Shown in pieces: positions 61,040 to 64,000 of a DNA stretch of 64,000 nucleotides. The notes beneath the pieces were generated by a model. The model did no database searches and had not been told where the DNA came from. It saw nothing but the letters and a program-made list of their open reading frames with translations. The stretch comes from Octopus vulgaris. Taxonomy: Eukaryota. The position numbers and the translations under genes were made by a program. Positions within the stretch are counted from its first letter, which is position 1. Each line of letters opens with the position of its first letter. The stretch spans positions 88,474,001 to 88,538,000 of the forward strand of contig OX597819.1 in the NCBI GenBank assembly GCA_951406725.2. The letters are read 5' to 3'.

Positions 61040-61456
61040 TACTCTTTTACTCTTTTACTATTTTACTTGTTTCAGTCATTTGACTGTGGCCATGCTGGAG
61101 CACCGCCTTTAGTCGAGCAAATCGACCCCGGGACTTATTCTTTGTAAGCCCAGTACTTATTCTATCGGTCTCTTTTGCCGAACCGCTAAGTGACGGGGAC
61201 GTAAACACACCAGCATCGGTTGTCAAGCAATGCCAGGGGGACAAACACAGACACACAAACACACACACACACACATATATATATACATATATACGACAGG
61301 CTTCTTTCAGTTTCCGTCTACCAAATCCACTCACAAGGCATTGGTCGGCCCGGGGCTATAGCAGAAGACATTTGCCCAAGATGCCACGCAGTGGGACTGA
61401 ACCCGGAACCATGTGGTTGGTTAGCAAGCTACTTACCACACAGCCACTCCTGCGCC
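61040..61456 (-). mobile_element. SINE-A, full length, young
   Basis: Near-identical to the 8100 and 11687 copies. Confidence 0.92.
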
Positions 61457-61709
61457 ATGTTGAATCTTGTGTATCAAGAAGGAAGCAAAATACTAGTATA
61501 GGAAAAAAAAGTAGAAAAGAATATTGTATAAAAGGAAACAAACATATAAAAAGAAAATTTATACATGAACTTGATCGGTTTGCATTTTAGCCACAGCTGG
61601 GTAGTGCGTTTAATTTGTTCACTGAACACCGCCGCGAATTCCCCCCTGTGTTTCAAACATTCCCCCTTAAATCACAAAACCCGGTGATCAACTATTATTT
61701 TATGTTATC

Positions 61710-62232
61710 GAATTTGAACTCAGAACATGAAAACAAACGAAATATCGCTAAACATTTTGCCTAGCGTGCTAATGATTCTGCCAGCTCGCCGCCATATTTC
61801 CATTATTAATATTATTCATATAATTAAGGCGGCGAGCTGGCAGAATCGGTAGCACGCCGGACGAAATGCTTGGCGGTATTTCGCCCGTCGCTACGTTCTG
61901 AGTTCAAATTCCGCCGAGGTCGACTTTGCCTTTCATCCTTTCGGGGTGGATAAATCAAGTACCAGTTACGCACTGAGGTCGATGTAATCGACTTAATCCG
62001 TTTGTGTGTCCTTGTTTGTCCCCTCTATGTTTAGCCCCTTGTGGGTAATAAAGAAACAGGTATTTTGCCCTTCTTTACATTCTGAGTTCAAATTCCACCG
62101 TGGTTGACTTTACCTTTCATCTCTTTCGAGGTCGATAAGATAAATACCAGTTGAGTGTTGGTGGGGGGAGGGTCGATGTAATCGACTTCCATCTCCCTCG
62201 AAATTGCTGGCCTTGTGCCAGAATTTGAAATC
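61710..62232. mobile_element. SINE-B head (-, 61710-61793) head-to-head with a SINE-B tail-2 copy plus older body (+, 61828-62232)
   Basis: Family motifs; junction aaagaaaca|ggtattttgcc near 62059. Confidence 0.85.
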
Positions 62233-62264
62233 AACACTACTAATGGAAATAATAATTCAATAAT

Positions 62265-62570
62265 TAATGATGATGATGATAACGATGAAGGCGACAACGA
62301 CGATGATGTTGATAATGACGACGACGACGATGATGATGACAGCGGCGATAAAAAAAGATAACTATGATGATGACGATAATGCTGAAAATGACGACGACCA
62401 TCATCATCATCAACAATACCATCATCATCATCATCATGACGACGGTAGCGATGACGACGATGATAACGGTGATGAAAATGCTGATAATGACAACGACAGT
62501 CACCATCACCGACATTATCATGAGGAAGAGGGGAAAGAGGACGAGAAGGTGAGAGAGGAGGCGGGAGAGG
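62265..62570. repeat. Degenerate (GAT/GAC/CAT)n trinucleotide region
   Basis: Directly visible. Confidence 0.85.
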
Positions 62571-62919
62571 AGAAACAGGATATCAGCCATTTGTTCTGGG
62601 CAATGCGTAATACATTTTGGCGACTGCTGGTTTTGAGTCATACACCTGTCTCCTTGCATGCTTTCACTATTTACTGAGAATTAGACATGAAGTCTGCTCA
62701 AACGTGCTGCGGTGCGTTTAACGGGAAACAGAAAGAGGACGAATTAGAGAGAGAGAGAGAGGGGGAAGCAGGGGAGAGATAAGAGCGATGGAGAAATGGC
62801 GTATGAGTAAGAGAGAGGCATTGAGAGTTTGAATAGGTTATATGAAAAAAATGGAAAACCGGATTCTTATTTGCAGTGTAATATCTGAAAAGGCTGTTCG
62901 ATAATACCAGTGTAAGAAT

Positions 62920-63545
<626 letters not shown>

Positions 63546-63547
63546 CG

Positions 63548-63855
<308 letters not shown>

Positions 63856-63894
63856 GAGAGAGAGAGAGAGTGTGAGAGAGAAATGGAAAGACAG

Positions 63895-63930
<36 letters not shown>

Positions 63931-64000
63931 TATATTATAAAATGAGATAGGGGTTGAAAATTCAACCCACCATGGGATAATATATATCCAATATACTGCT

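Noticed and set aside
62267-62677. Acidic/His-rich 136-aa ORF
   Set aside because: Low-complexity trinucleotide region open in several frames; no evidence that it is an exon.

Overview
AT-rich animal genomic DNA with no recognisable host protein-coding exon, rRNA, tRNA gene or CRISPR array. It is made of (TA)n/(CA)n/(TAGA)n/(TATG)n/(TAA)n microsatellites, several tRNA-headed SINE families and decayed transposons. The repeat content resembles an octopus/coleoid intron or intergenic region (inference, not verified). Almost all ORF-track entries are microsatellite artefacts. The real coding signals are all broken transposon relics: R4/Dong-type RLE LINEs in (TAA)n arrays, RTE-clade LINE ends, a Tx1/L1-like C-terminus, and Tc1 (DD34E), mariner and hAT-Buster transposases. 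The most interesting pattern is a SINE-B subfamily with a LINE-like 3' tail. In 5 of 7 copies that tail is joined to the same internal site of another SINE-B, once with a 14-bp TSD, which suggests self-targeted retrotransposition. Also notable are stacked TAA-targeted insertions, several long hairpins and degenerate Penelope-type hammerhead motifs. Boundaries were read by eye and are approximate unless a TSD or TIR is quoted.
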